In this document: piece after piece, positions 26,466 through 38,445 of the stretch
How positions within the stretch are numbered: position 1 is the stretch's first letter
Layout: each line of letters begins with the position of its first letter
Origin: Octopus vulgaris
Lineage: Eukaryota
Length of the DNA stretch: 64,000 nt
Reading direction: 5' to 3'
Assembly: GCA_951406725.2 (NCBI GenBank)
Contig: OX597832.1
Location: 62,992,001 to 63,056,000, forward strand
The notes under the pieces: generated by a model
Told to the model about the DNA's origin: nothing
What the model saw: the letters and a program-made list of their open reading frames with translations, nothing else
Databases searched by the model: none
Made by a program: the position numbers and the translations under genes

Positions 26466-26716
26466 TATATATATCGATTCACGTCATCTGCTCCAAATTA
26501 TTGAGTGTAGAAGAAAACAAAACAACAACAAAACATAGAGAAAAACCTAAACAACAAAAATATATTAAAAAAAAAACCTTCCCATCGTGACTTTATGGCA
26601 TTTCAACTTAGTCACAGTTTTAGCATGAAAATATTTTATAACAGAACCAAGATAACATCAAGAAGACAACACTGCATGTATAAATGCATACACAAACACA
26701 CACAACACACACATAC

Positions 26717-26770
<54 letters not shown>

Positions 26771-27003
26771 ATACATATATATATATACATATATACATGC
26801 ATGTATACATATAAAACATGTATGTATATATGATACATTACATATATATTTATATATATATATTTATGAATATTTATATATATATATATATTTATGTATA
26901 TTTATATATATATATATTTATGTATATATATACACATATATATTTATCCATATATATCATATATACGTATATATGTATATATATGTATACATATATGCCT
27001 GTG

Positions 27004-27040
<37 letters not shown>

Positions 27041-27063
27041 TTATATATATGTGTGTGTGTGTA

Positions 27064-27112
<49 letters not shown>

Positions 27113-27711
27113 GTACATATATATTTATATATGCATGCTACTAAATATTCCATTTCATATCCAATCCAAAAGACTCACTCTTTCAATTTATTTAATAGTT
27201 ATTCTATGAATTGTATTTATAGCGCCATTCTAGTAGAGTCTCTCTCTGTTTCTCTCTCACTTTTTCCTTTTCATTTTTCTGTCCTTTTTACGTTTTTCTC
27301 TTTATTCAAGGTCCACCATTATTTTACGATTATATCTTTATGAATATATATTTCATATCCAATTTATTTCATAAGTTTGTTCTTTTTTCTTCTTCAACGG
27401 TTGCTATTTTTTCTTGTCTGTTTGATAAATATTTTTTACTAAGAATATACACGTTTTCCCGTAATATATTTATTTATTAGAACATTTTTTCTCTTCTTTG
27501 CCTTTTTGGCTTAATGTAAATAGAAATGGAAGAGAACTTTAGTAAAATAGTTTACTATATCAATAAAATAATGGTCATAATAATAAAAAATGACTACTAA
27601 ATGTCTAACTAGTACTTTATTTATTATTAGCAATAAGTGATATGTAACCATTAATATTGATTTTATATATAACTACATTTATATTATATACTAAAAATAT
27701 TTATATACTAA

Positions 27712-27753
<42 letters not shown>

Positions 27754-27943
27754 GTATGTGTGTGTGTGAAAAGAAAAATATATATATATAAGTTCAAATA
27801 AAGATTACAAACCTCATATATGTATATATATATATATATATATATACATACACACACATATAAAATGTATGTACATACACACACATATAAAATGTATGTA
27901 TATACATACATGCATGCACACACACACACATATATATATGTGT

Positions 27944-27976
<33 letters not shown>

Positions 27977-28129
27977 CACGCTTACATACAGCTAACACGC
28001 TCATTAGAAATATGATCTGTAAGTGGAACAGTAAAATTATGCAAGACATTTCTCAGGTTCAAAATGTAAATTTATTGTTGTTATCTACAAAGACTTCGAA
28101 TTATTGAAAACACAAGAGAACATGTATAT

Positions 28130-28229
<100 letters not shown>

Positions 28230-28304
28230 GCAGTTGTCATTAAAGTGACGAAGGGTGCTTGTATGTATGTATGTTCCTTCCGACTACATACTTTTCAACA
28301 TCAA

Positions 28305-28482
28305 CTCATTTATTTCGGGCAATTACCAACAATTAGGGGCGTTATAAATATGCGCCACATCTTAAGGCCTGCGAAATACACTGGTAACAGTTGGATTGTA
28401 TGACAATTGATATGTTACGTAGTTCCGCAGCCTTAAGATGTGACGCACATTTATAACATACGAAATGCACGTAATAAATGAG
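28305..28482. mobile_element. Fold-back / MITE-like element
   Basis: GTTATAAATATGCGCCACATCTTAAGGCCTGCG (from 28341) is inverted at CGCAGCCTTAAGATGTGACGCACATTTATAAC (to 28457). Outer pair CTCATTTATT / AATAAATGAG. Confidence 0.65.
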
Positions 28483-28765
28483 CTACTACAGAAACATGTA
28501 ACTACCTTATTCCATCCTTTTAACTTTACTGAATTTACCGCATACTACGAGTAACTTATTTTAATTTAAGGATTCAAGTTGCGAAGCACCTGGTTTGTCT
28601 TCTAAACTGTTCCAATTTTGTAGCCGAAGTTTTGAATATTGTTAATCAATTTACCAACTAATTGATCTATAGTGTTTTCCCCTGAGTACCTCATTAACCA
28701 GTTGTACGCGTGAAGCTACTTACCAAATGATCATGAACGCTGCGCCCCACCAGTCCACGTAGATA

Positions 28766-29058
28766 TGTGTGCGTGTATGTGTGTGTTCGTGTGCGTGTAT
28801 GTATGTGTTCGTGTGCGTGTATGTGTGTGTTCGTGTGCGTGTATGTGTGTGTTCGTGTGCGTGTATGTGTGTGTTCGTGTGCGTGTATGTGTGTGTTCGT
28901 GTGCGTGTATGTGTGTGTTCGTGTGCGTGTATGTGTGTGTTCGTGTGCGTGTATGTGTGTGTTCGTGTGCGTGTATGTATGTGTTCGTGTGCGTGTATGT
29001 GTGTGTTCGTGTGCGTGTATGTGTGTGTTCGTGTGCGTGTATGTGTGTGTTCGTGCAC
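28766..29058. repeat. 22-bp minisatellite GTGTGCGTGTATGTGTGTGTTC, about 13 copies
   Basis: Near-perfect higher-order repeat derived from (TG)n. Confidence 0.92.
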
Positions 29059-29217
29059 GTGTGTGCATGTGTGTGCGTGTGCATGTGTGTGTATGTGCGT
29101 GTGTGTACACGTGTAGCTTTTGGGTCACAATAATTTGAGGACATTGGTGTACTATTAGCCAAGAGTATTAACAATACCAGTCACGACCGAAATGTCAGAC
29201 TCTAACTGGTGATGTTT

Positions 29218-29412
29218 CTTTTTCTTGTTTCAGTCATTTGACTGCGGCCAAGCTGGAGTACCCTCTTGAAGACTTTTAGTCGAACATATCGACCACAGAA
29301 CTTTTTAAAGCCTGGTGCTTATTCTATCGGTCTCTATTTCCGAACCGGGGACATAAACACATCAAAACTGGTTGTCAAGTGGTAGTGGGAGGACAAATAC
29401 AGACACAAAGCT

Positions 29413-29443
<31 letters not shown>

Positions 29444-29481
29444 CACACGCACATATATCTATATCTATATCTATCTATCTA

Positions 29482-29521
<40 letters not shown>

Positions 29522-29673
29522 TACGGGCCTCTTTCAATTTCTGTCTACCAACTCCACTCACAAGGCTTTCGTGGACCCGAAGCGATAGTAGAAGACATTT
29601 GCCCAAGGTGCCATGTTATGGGAATGAACCCGGAACCATGTGGTTGGCAAGCAAGGTTCTTAACTACAGAGCC
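29218..29673 (-). mobile_element. SINE family A, full length
   Basis: Both halves plus internal microsatellite. Confidence 0.85.
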
Positions 29674-29917
29674 TGAAATTTTATATTAATTATATTTGGA
29701 AATACCTACTGTTAAGACTTTGATACCACTTCCATACTTCCATTTGATTATTCATTCTGACATCGTATTTTAGAGTATGTAATGAAAATTTTAATATCAG
29801 AGATGTATATTCTGATAATGTTTCTCATCCCAAAAAGTAAAAATCTTCGAAAAATTAGGTTATAAAAGAATTACAAATCAACATAGAGTGGGCTCTCATA
29901 TATATATATATATGTAT

Positions 29918-30076
<159 letters not shown>

Positions 30077-30088
30077 TGTGTGTGTGTA

Positions 30089-30133
<45 letters not shown>

Positions 30134-30257
30134 AGGAGAGGGGTGGAGAGGAAAGTAGTTACATATATAAACATAGGTAAACTTAAGATGGGGCACAAAA
30201 TGCAGATTACAAAAGAAAGAAGAAAGAAAAAATAGCAGAATTTTGGACCCTTATCTC

Positions 30258-30421
30258 GACAGCTGTTTCAAGACGACTATAACTTACATAATAGCCTTAT
30301 TCATATGAGCAATAAACCAAATGCTAGCTTACTCTGGAGAAGGGACGCCTAACTTGATTTAACAAATAGGACATATAATTGTGGTTATTAGGTAAGTTAT
30401 AGCTGTCTTGCATCAGCTGTC
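30258..30421. repeat. 39-bp imperfect inverted repeat (MITE remnant)
   Basis: GACAGCTGTTTCAAGACGACTATAACTTACATAATAGCC versus GGTTATTAGGTAAGTTATAGCTGTCTTGCATCAGCTGTC. Confidence 0.7.
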
Positions 30422-32465
30422 ATAATAAAATTTTACTTAATTCTGTTCCTTTGGCCACTTTTCTCGCTATTATTGGTATATAGTCTGGAAATAGAGGCTG
30501 GAGCTTTCTGAACAGCTGTGTATACTCATCCTTTTTTTTCTTTGCTTTTAAAAGAGATATTCATAAATGTATGTATATATGTATGTATGCATACATGAGA
30601 GGAACTGTTAATTTTGCCTATTATCTTGCTCAACCAATGATGCTGGAGGTAGCATCTCGAACAAATCGACACTGGTACTTCTTTTTGTTAAAGCCTGGTA
30701 CTTTCCGGTCTCTTTTGCCAAACATCAAAGATATATACATCTGTGGAATAATACTTGGACACTTATATATTAATTTCACAAATAGATGTTCAGGTATATT
30801 CTCTACTAAGCATATTCATATACACTGCGGTTCGCGGCTGTATTTCTGTAGATGCTATTTTCAAATTCAAGCTTCTGAAATCGAGCAATCACGGGAAAAG
30901 TATGTGCAGTACCTGAGATTTACTTTCTCTATTTCTAGAGCCCCTGAAACTGGTAAAAGGCACAAGGAACTCATGAACCATAGCTTGCTGCAATTAGGGT
31001 ACATTGCATCAAGATATTCTATTGATTCAAATAATTGTAATATAGTGCATTTTGTTCCAATGTAGCCATGAATCAGGCTTTTATTTTAAACGAATTGTTG
31101 GATTAAATTTACCGAATAAAATCTATACAGATAGTCTCTATGTTGGTTGCTGCGAATAAGACTCCATCCGTCTGAATTTCAGGTTTTAGTTCATAAAACT
31201 TTATGAAAATTTTCGTTAATAATCCGCAGAGGTTACTGTTAATAAAGGAAATATTTTTAAGGGATTAAGTACATTGGAGAGATCAATTCGTTTGTAAAAC
31301 ATAACAGTTGCTTCAATTTCTTTAATTGCTGCAAGAAACCGTATCATTTTCTGTGGTGAATATTTTTTTTAATGAAGAGTACAGAACTATTTTAAAATAA
31401 AATAAAAGCAAATATATATATATATATATAAGGCATACATAGATACATACATCCATACAACAAGAAGGCATATATAGTGTGTGTGTGTGCGTGTGCATAT
31501 ATACATGCATATATATATATATATACATACATATATACACACAATTATTCATACATACGTATATCCATGCAGGCATATATATATATATATATATATATAT
31601 AAAGATATTCAAAAAATATATATGCATACATGCGTCCATACATAAATTCATATCTAATACATGCATACATACATATATACGTATGTCTGAATACATACAT
31701 ACATACATACATACATAAAAACACGCATCCATATCAGTCATAAGGGGATATTAGACAGATATCTTCCCAATCACAAACCATATGAATCGTAATCTTTCTA
31801 TTATAATCTTTATCCCATCACTCAGTATATTTTTACTTTAATATCACCAGCCATTCAGTTTACTTTTTACATTTTTTACACACCGCTAGTAACAATTCTC
31901 TGTTGACTATTCGACCCTTAAGTTACCTCACAAAAGCTATTGCTCCTTATCTCTCGGAATTATGGCCGGGAACGAAGCCTCTCCGTGTGTGTGGTGAAGG
32001 AAGTCATTCTGTGCATCCATAGAAAATTCGTTTATTAGGTTACCGCCGACTCCGCTGCCTCTAACTTCGTATCACAAGGGGCGACGAACAAAAATTCCAA
32101 CATATCCAACACACAGCAGTACATCTGATCGGATTATTATCTCTCGCTGACATATACGTATATATGTATCGGAGATAAGAATATAGAAATACAAACAGTC
32201 ATAACAAGAAAATAAACATAAAAAGAATAATAATAACGCTATCACCAGAACCAATAAGAAAATTATTAAAGTTACCACTTACAAAATATATATATACAAT
32301 GAATATGTGTATGTGTGTGTGAATATATGTGTGTATGACCTTATTCTATAATGTATACATACATCCGTACACACACACATACATATACATAGGTATATAT
32401 GCATATATATATATATATATATATACATATATATGTATATATGTACGTATATGCATATATATATT

Positions 32466-32552
<87 letters not shown>

Positions 32553-32682
32553 TCACATTGAAAATTAAAATAATTAGTTACTAATAATATCAACGATTCC
32601 TGTTAAGTAAAACAACATTAATAACAGCAGCAGCAACAACAACAACAACTACAATAACAACAACAACAACAACAACAACAAC

Positions 32683-32741
<59 letters not shown>

Positions 32742-33259
32742 TCAGTCGTTGCATCAGCGACTGGCATCCATTTGATAACTGCGTTGTCTGTTAATCTGAT
32801 ATTTTCTACGTTATTTTTTTTTTGTATAGTTGTTTGTTCTATGTTGCTTCTTTTCTTAAAAAAAGAAAAAAAAACTAAATATCCGTTTATCTTCTGTCCC
32901 ATATAATACATGTGCGCATGCGTGTTTGAGTGTTTGTATGTATATATTTATGTAATCATAGACGTATACGTGTGCATATGTACATATGTGTGTGCGTTGA
33001 GATGTTTGTGTTTAGTTATTCCCAGGATATTAATCAAATATGGATGTTGCATTGCATATGGCCGTGTTCACCTCATACTCCCCAGTGACACTTTCGCATC
33101 AGTCGGTGAATGACAAAACACTCTAGCTTATTAAATACCCTCTCCCCACCCTCCAAATTCCATATGTGTCCTTGAGTGCATGTGTACTGTCTGTCGGTAT
33201 ACTTATGATATCAATAATTGTGTCTGCGCGTATACATATATATATATATATATAGATAT

Positions 33260-33321
<62 letters not shown>

Positions 33322-33324
<3 letters not shown>

Positions 33325-33480
33325 CGGGAAGCTTTATGAAAATAGACAAAAGACGAAGGCAGGTGGAAACAAACAAACAATTGTATTAGTATGGCGCTCA
33401 GGAAATATAAATAAAACAAGTCTTTAACGTTTCGAGCCTACGCTCTTCAACAGAAAGATACAGAAGATACAACAGAAAGT
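33322..33480 (-). mobile_element. Family G short element with CUGUUGA-variant hammerhead (33421-33458)
   Basis: Minus strand: TCTTT-CTGTTGA-A-GAGC(gtag)GCTC-GAAA-CG-TT-AAAGA, then CCTGAGCGCCATACTAATAC..., ending at (TA)n. Confidence 0.65.
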
Positions 33481-33504
33481 ACAGAACTATTTTAGTCCCT
33501 TATA

Positions 33505-33700
33505 TTCTTTACTTGTTACAGTCATTAGACTGTGACCATGCTGGGGCAATTTTTAGTCGAATTTATAAATTTTTTTTAGGCATGGTACTTATTCTATTGG
33601 GGTCGTTTGCCGAACCATTAAGTTACGGGAACATAAACACACCGACACCGGCTGTCAAGTGGTTGTGGGAGACAAGCACAGATACAAAGGCACACGCACA
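33505..33700 (-). mobile_element. SINE family A, 3' half
   Basis: TTACTTGTTACAGTCATTAGACTGTGACCATGCTGGGGCA...GCCGAACC...GGCTGTCAAG. Confidence 0.75.
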
Positions 33701-33924
33701 CACAAACATACATACACGCATATATACATATATACATATATAAGTATATACATATGCTTATATATATATACATGTGTATGTATGTGTGTATGTATGTGTG
33801 TATGTATGTATATATATATATATATATATATAATAACAAAGGGTAAAATGAATTAATTAAGAAGTAATCAGTAATTTCACCAAGTAGAATTCGGCATGAA
33901 AAAGACCATTTCATGGTAAGCTTA

Positions 33925-34199
33925 AGTAATACTTTATAATTAGGGTTCAGCAACGATTTGCTTCACCACATACCGAAGTTTAGAAATAGCAGTCAAAAGA
34001 TCTTAGCTATACCCTTCTACTTTAAAAGGGGCTCCCAGAAAAACCGATTGATTTTCGTTATTTTTCCCTTTTGCCTGCGTGGATTGTTTTCAAGTGCTTT
34101 TAAAGTAGAAGGAATAGCTAAGATTTTTTGACTGCTATTTCTAAACTTCGGTATGTGGTGAAGCAAATCGTTGCTGAACCCTAATTATATAGTATTACT
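33925..34199. repeat. ~103-bp near-perfect inverted repeat with ~68-bp loop
   Basis: Arm 33925-34028 is the reverse complement of 34097-34199 with only a few differences. Confidence 0.92.
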
Positions 34200-34219
34200 A
34201 TATATATATATATACACAC

Positions 34220-34602
34220 ACAATTCATAAGTAAGAGCAAAAGAAAAATTTTCTAACGCCAAAATTTGCCGAAAACAGTCACAACGTCAATAACCATGTA
34301 ATTTATCACTAAAAGCACGCGTTTCGAAGAAAGCCGACAGAAATTTCTAAAAAATCCCGTTATTACGATATCGGACCCGATTTCAGAGTTAGTTCATAAG
34401 AACCTTCCCTTCATCAGTGATAAATGCAGCAAAGAAATAAATGAAATACTTACTTATACCCTTCTTACATGGGTATACCCTTCTTCCGTGGGTACGAAAC
34501 GCGTGCTTGTAGTGATAAATTACATGGTTATTGATGTAGTGTCTGTTTTCGGCATATTTTGGCGTTAGAAATTTGTTTCTTTTGCTCTTACTTATAAATT
34601 GT
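34220..34602. repeat. ~107-bp inverted repeat with ~168-bp spacer containing hammerhead-like motifs
   Basis: Arm 34220-34326 pairs with 34495-34602. The minus strand of 34301-34425 reads ATTTATCA-CTGATGA-AGGGAAGG...CTTTCTTC-GAAACGCGT...TGATAAAT. Confidence 0.85.
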
Positions 34603-35107
34603 TTATAAATTGAACCTTTAAATGTATTTTTTAATATGCTGGCCATTGAAAGAATTTTTTTCGAAAAATTTTATCCTACATTAGATGTTAATTTATAAAT
34701 ATATATATACACACAAATTATAAGGGTTTAGTTCACAGGTAATCTAAACGACTAGGTACGGTGGGTGAATTTTTTAATAATAACGTATATGACTTGAGAT
34801 GTTTGCCTTGCCTTAGCGTCAGTTGTCCTCTTTAATAAATACATATATATATATAACAGGTGGAAGCTGAAATGAGCTCAAGATAGATAACGCTGAGTAG
34901 TACTCAAATAGATTTGAACTTAGACGCCAAGCTCCTCGTTAGGACCGGCGTGTCTGCATTGAAAGTTAGCTATCAGAGCAACACTTATCGAGCTGTTATG
35001 GAGATAGTAAAGAGGATAAATACATTTTGGTTTGTGACATGTATTCACGTGAAGCACAAAGTACAGATTATATAATGAAATGAAAATAAAACTCGAGAAC
35101 AGAAAGA

Positions 35108-35375
35108 ATTACCAATAATGATTGGTGCATTTGGTTTTGGGAGTAAATACCTATGTAACAATCGGGATAAGCTTGGGTTTTCAGAAAAAGAAATCAACCA
35201 ACTCGCACATTATAAATACAATTTGTAAGTGGAAGAGTAAAGATATGCAAGACTTTTCTCGGGTTTAAAATATGACATTATGTTTTTAATCGACATTCCA
35301 AGAGTTTTGTATTTTTAGATAAACTAGTTGCTTACTCGGGAAGAATTTAAATAATAAAAAAAAACAGAATATTCG
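35108..35375 (+). pseudogene. 3' end of the same RLE LINE family as 8350-8835, followed by (TACA)n
   Basis: Shares GGGTTTTCAGAAAAAGAAATCAACCAACT and TTTGTAAGTG...AAGACTTTT with 8632-8720. Encodes PIMIGAFG...DKLGFSEKEINQL. Confidence 0.75.
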
Positions 35376-35721
35376 TACACACATATATACATGCATAGAT
35401 ACATACATTTACACATACATACATACATACATACATACATACATACATACATACATACATACATACATACATACATACATACATACATACATGCTTAACT
35501 GAATGCAGGTGGACACTCGAAATGCTCGACGTGGAGACAGAGTGAACCATATTTAAAAAGAATTTGTGCGTGTATGTGTGTTAGTGTTTGTATGCGTATG
35601 TGTGTGAGAGAGTTTGTGTATGTGTGTGTGTATGTGTGTTTGTGTGTCTCATAAATCGATTATCGTTTTACTCTTCATAATTTTTTCTCAAACACTTTTT
35701 CCTTTACACACACACACACAC

Positions 35722-35767
<46 letters not shown>

Positions 35768-35772
35768 GCTCA

Positions 35773-35811
<39 letters not shown>

Positions 35812-36643
35812 GTATGTATATATATATGTATGTAAATATGTACATATTTTATATATGTTATATATCATATACTTGTAGGTATATACATGTGTGTGTGTGT
35901 GTCTGATTTTCTATCATTCATTCGTTCTTTCATTTCTTTTGTGCGATCTCATTTCCCCCGTCATCTTAATCATCGTATTAATGCAGACATCTATTTCCGG
36001 ATATAACGACGCCAGTTCTTCCTCAAACATACTTCTGGTGAAAACTTGCTCAAACAATCACTATAAATATTCCTATCTAAAAGAACGTTTGCCTCGCTCT
36101 ACTACTTGGAATAAAACAGATAGCTTTATCAATCTCCGAGTCACAACTCATTGCAAACTATTTGTTGTCTCTGCAGATGCGATTGTAACGCGTAAAATTA
36201 TATCGCAAAGTAATATATATTCACGCATGAGCTTACATTTCTTAATAAATCATAATGGATATGCACCCCGGCGTGTGCGTATGTGTGTGTGTGTGTGTGC
36301 GTGTGTGTTGTGTGTGTGCGTGTGCATGTGTTCATATGTGTCTGCATCTGTGTCTGGGTATACGCGTGTTAATATATATAAGGGCGTAGTATACAGAGAT
36401 ATATAAATATACTTATATCCATGTAATAAAATTATATATATATATATATATATTTGCCACCTAAATGTGCTAAACATTAAGGGTCGATGCTACTGTAGCT
36501 TGTAGCCCCAGGAAGACATCTCCTCCAGCTGGCTATAGACACACTATCTGTGCCCTAGCAGTATTTGCAAAGGGAAATCATCGTTCACACCTCCAGCCTG
36601 ACATGATACACACGGACCTGAGTTTATACCTCGCTCAGAGACT

Positions 36644-36700
<57 letters not shown>

Positions 36701-36702
<2 letters not shown>

Positions 36703-36875
36703 TATGGGTGTCCCTATATGGACACACTAGAAAAGGGAGACCGAGGATGACATAAGTTAATACCCTAAGGACAGGTACTGGTTTCTGGGAGACGCAGGAC
36801 ATGGCAACGATGATGAGGGACAAGGACCGCTGGAGAGAATTTGTACATGGATTTTGGGAATTTCACCCGCCCTAG
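36701..36875 (+). pseudogene. RTE-like LINE 3' coding end
   Basis: Translates to WVSLYGHTRKGRPRMT*VNTLRTGTG...MATMMRDKDRWREFV, matching the GRP...DR..WR ending of RTE-clade ORFs. Confidence 0.65.
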
Positions 36876-37165
36876 GCTCACGATCGTAAAGTTGTGAGTT
36901 CAGTTCCCGGCGACGCGTTGTGTCCTTGAGCAAGACACTTTATTTCACGTTGCTCCAATCCACTCAGCTGGCAAAAATGAGTAGTACCTGTATTTCAAAT
37001 GGCCGGCCTTGTCACACTTTGTGTCACGCTGAATCTCTCTGAGAACTACGTTAAGGGTACACGTGTCTATGGAGTGCTCAACTACTTGCACGTTAATTTC
37101 ACGAACAAGCTGTTCCATTGATCGTATCAGCTGGGACCCACGTCGTCGTAACCGACGGAATGCTC
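36875..37165 (+). mobile_element. tRNA-derived CORE-like SINE (family C head/core with alternative tail)
   Basis: GTGAGTTCAGTTCCCGG, TGTGTCCTTGAGCAAGACACTTTATTTCACGTTGCTCCA. Its tail ...GTCGTCGTAACCGACGG is shared with 63432-63592. Confidence 0.8.
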
Positions 37166-37171
37166 CTCATT

Positions 37172-37269
<98 letters not shown>

Positions 37270-37270
<1 letters not shown>

Positions 37271-37775
37271 CGTTTGATTATTTCAGTCATTTGACTCTGA
37301 TGCCCTACTTAATCCAAACATGAACAAGCAAGAAAAAACAACAACGCGAGGACGTGGAATAAGTACAGTGTTATTGGACGCTCAGGAAAGAAAAGAAAAG
37401 AAAGAGGATACACCTACCCACCCACAATCCCACCCCACCCCCACCCCCACACACATATATATATACACATACATATATAAAGTTTGGTGCTTATTCTATG
37501 AGTTTATTTGGCCGAAACGGCACATTACAGGCATGTAAACACACGAACACCGGTTGCCTAGCGGTGTAGGTAGACAAACACTCACACACACATACACACA
37601 TACACACGCGCACACACACAAACACACACGCACAGATGGTCGCGCGCGCACATATGTGCTTTTTATATGCGACAGGCTTCTTTCAGTTTCCGTCTACCAA
37701 ATCCACTCACAAGGACACACTTACCCAAAGTGTCATGTAATGAGACTGAGTCCAGAACATCGTGGTGTTGCCTGT
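37270..37775 (-). mobile_element. Rearranged SINE family A interrupted by a family G fragment (37305-37405)
   Basis: TTTCAGTCATTTGACT, GCCGAAAC...GGTTG and CGACAGGCTTCTTTCAGTTTCCGTCTACCAAATCCACTCACAAGG. Confidence 0.65.
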
Positions 37776-37817
37776 ATAACTGCATTATACAAACTCTCCT
37801 ATGGCGCTCTTAACCGT

Positions 37818-38090
37818 GAACATATGGCGTAGTGGTTAAGAGCGCGGGTACTAACCCCAATATTCCGAGTTCGATTCCAGGTAGTGACATGAATAATTAT
37901 CATTATTATTATTATTATAACATCGAAAAATACCTTAGGAATTATAACCCAGGTTTGAAATTTCCTCAAGACACCTGATGAAGGCTGGGGTATATCAGCC
38001 GAAACGTTGTGTTAACAACAAACAAGATGAGGACAAATATCCGTCAAATGTAAACAATGTACATAATTCCTCATCTCTTAAATATAGAAA
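37818..38090 (+). mobile_element. tRNA-headed SINE family E with hammerhead-containing tail
   Basis: A-box TGGCGTAGTGG (37825-37835), B-box GAGTTCGATTCC (37867-37878), short AAT/ATT linker, HHR at 37970-38013. Confidence 0.85.
37970..38013 (+). ncRNA. Minimal type I hammerhead ribozyme motif
   Basis: GACAC-CUGAUGA-A-GGCUG(GGGUAUAU)CAGCC-GAAA-CG-UU-GUGUU. Predicted cleavage after U38008. Confidence 0.78.
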
Positions 38091-38099
38091 TGAATAATA

Positions 38100-38300
38100 A
38101 TAATTTCAAATTTTCCCACAAGGGCAGCAATTTTGGTGGAGGGGATGGGTCGATGGGTCAACAGGTACTTATTTTATCGACTCCAAAAGGAGGAAATGCA
38201 AAGTTGAACTCGGCGGAATTTGAACGTAGAACGTAAAGACGGAAGAAACGCCGCTCAATATTTTTGTCCGACTTGCTAACGATTGTCCTGGCTCGCCGAC
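38100..38300 (-). mobile_element. SINE family B, adjacent to an (AAT)n tract
   Basis: GGTACTTATTTTATCGAC...AAAGTTGAACTCGGCGGAATTTGAAC...GCTAACGATT...GCTCGCC. Confidence 0.78.
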
Positions 38301-38386
38301 TTATTCAGCCGCCTCATAATAATGATATGGCGTGCTAGCAGAATCGTTAGTAAAACTTTCAGGTCTTGTTCTTATAAAAGTAGCAC

Positions 38387-38445
<59 letters not shown>

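Noticed and set aside
34905-34945. Minus-strand CTAACGAG plus hairpin as a hammerhead
   Set aside because: Both core segments are mutated; too degenerate to call.
35891-36406. 171-aa ORF with a non-repetitive middle (also 30571-31065 and 62345-63073)
   Set aside because: Ends lie in microsatellites or SINE pieces, with no recognisable motif or coherent splice structure.
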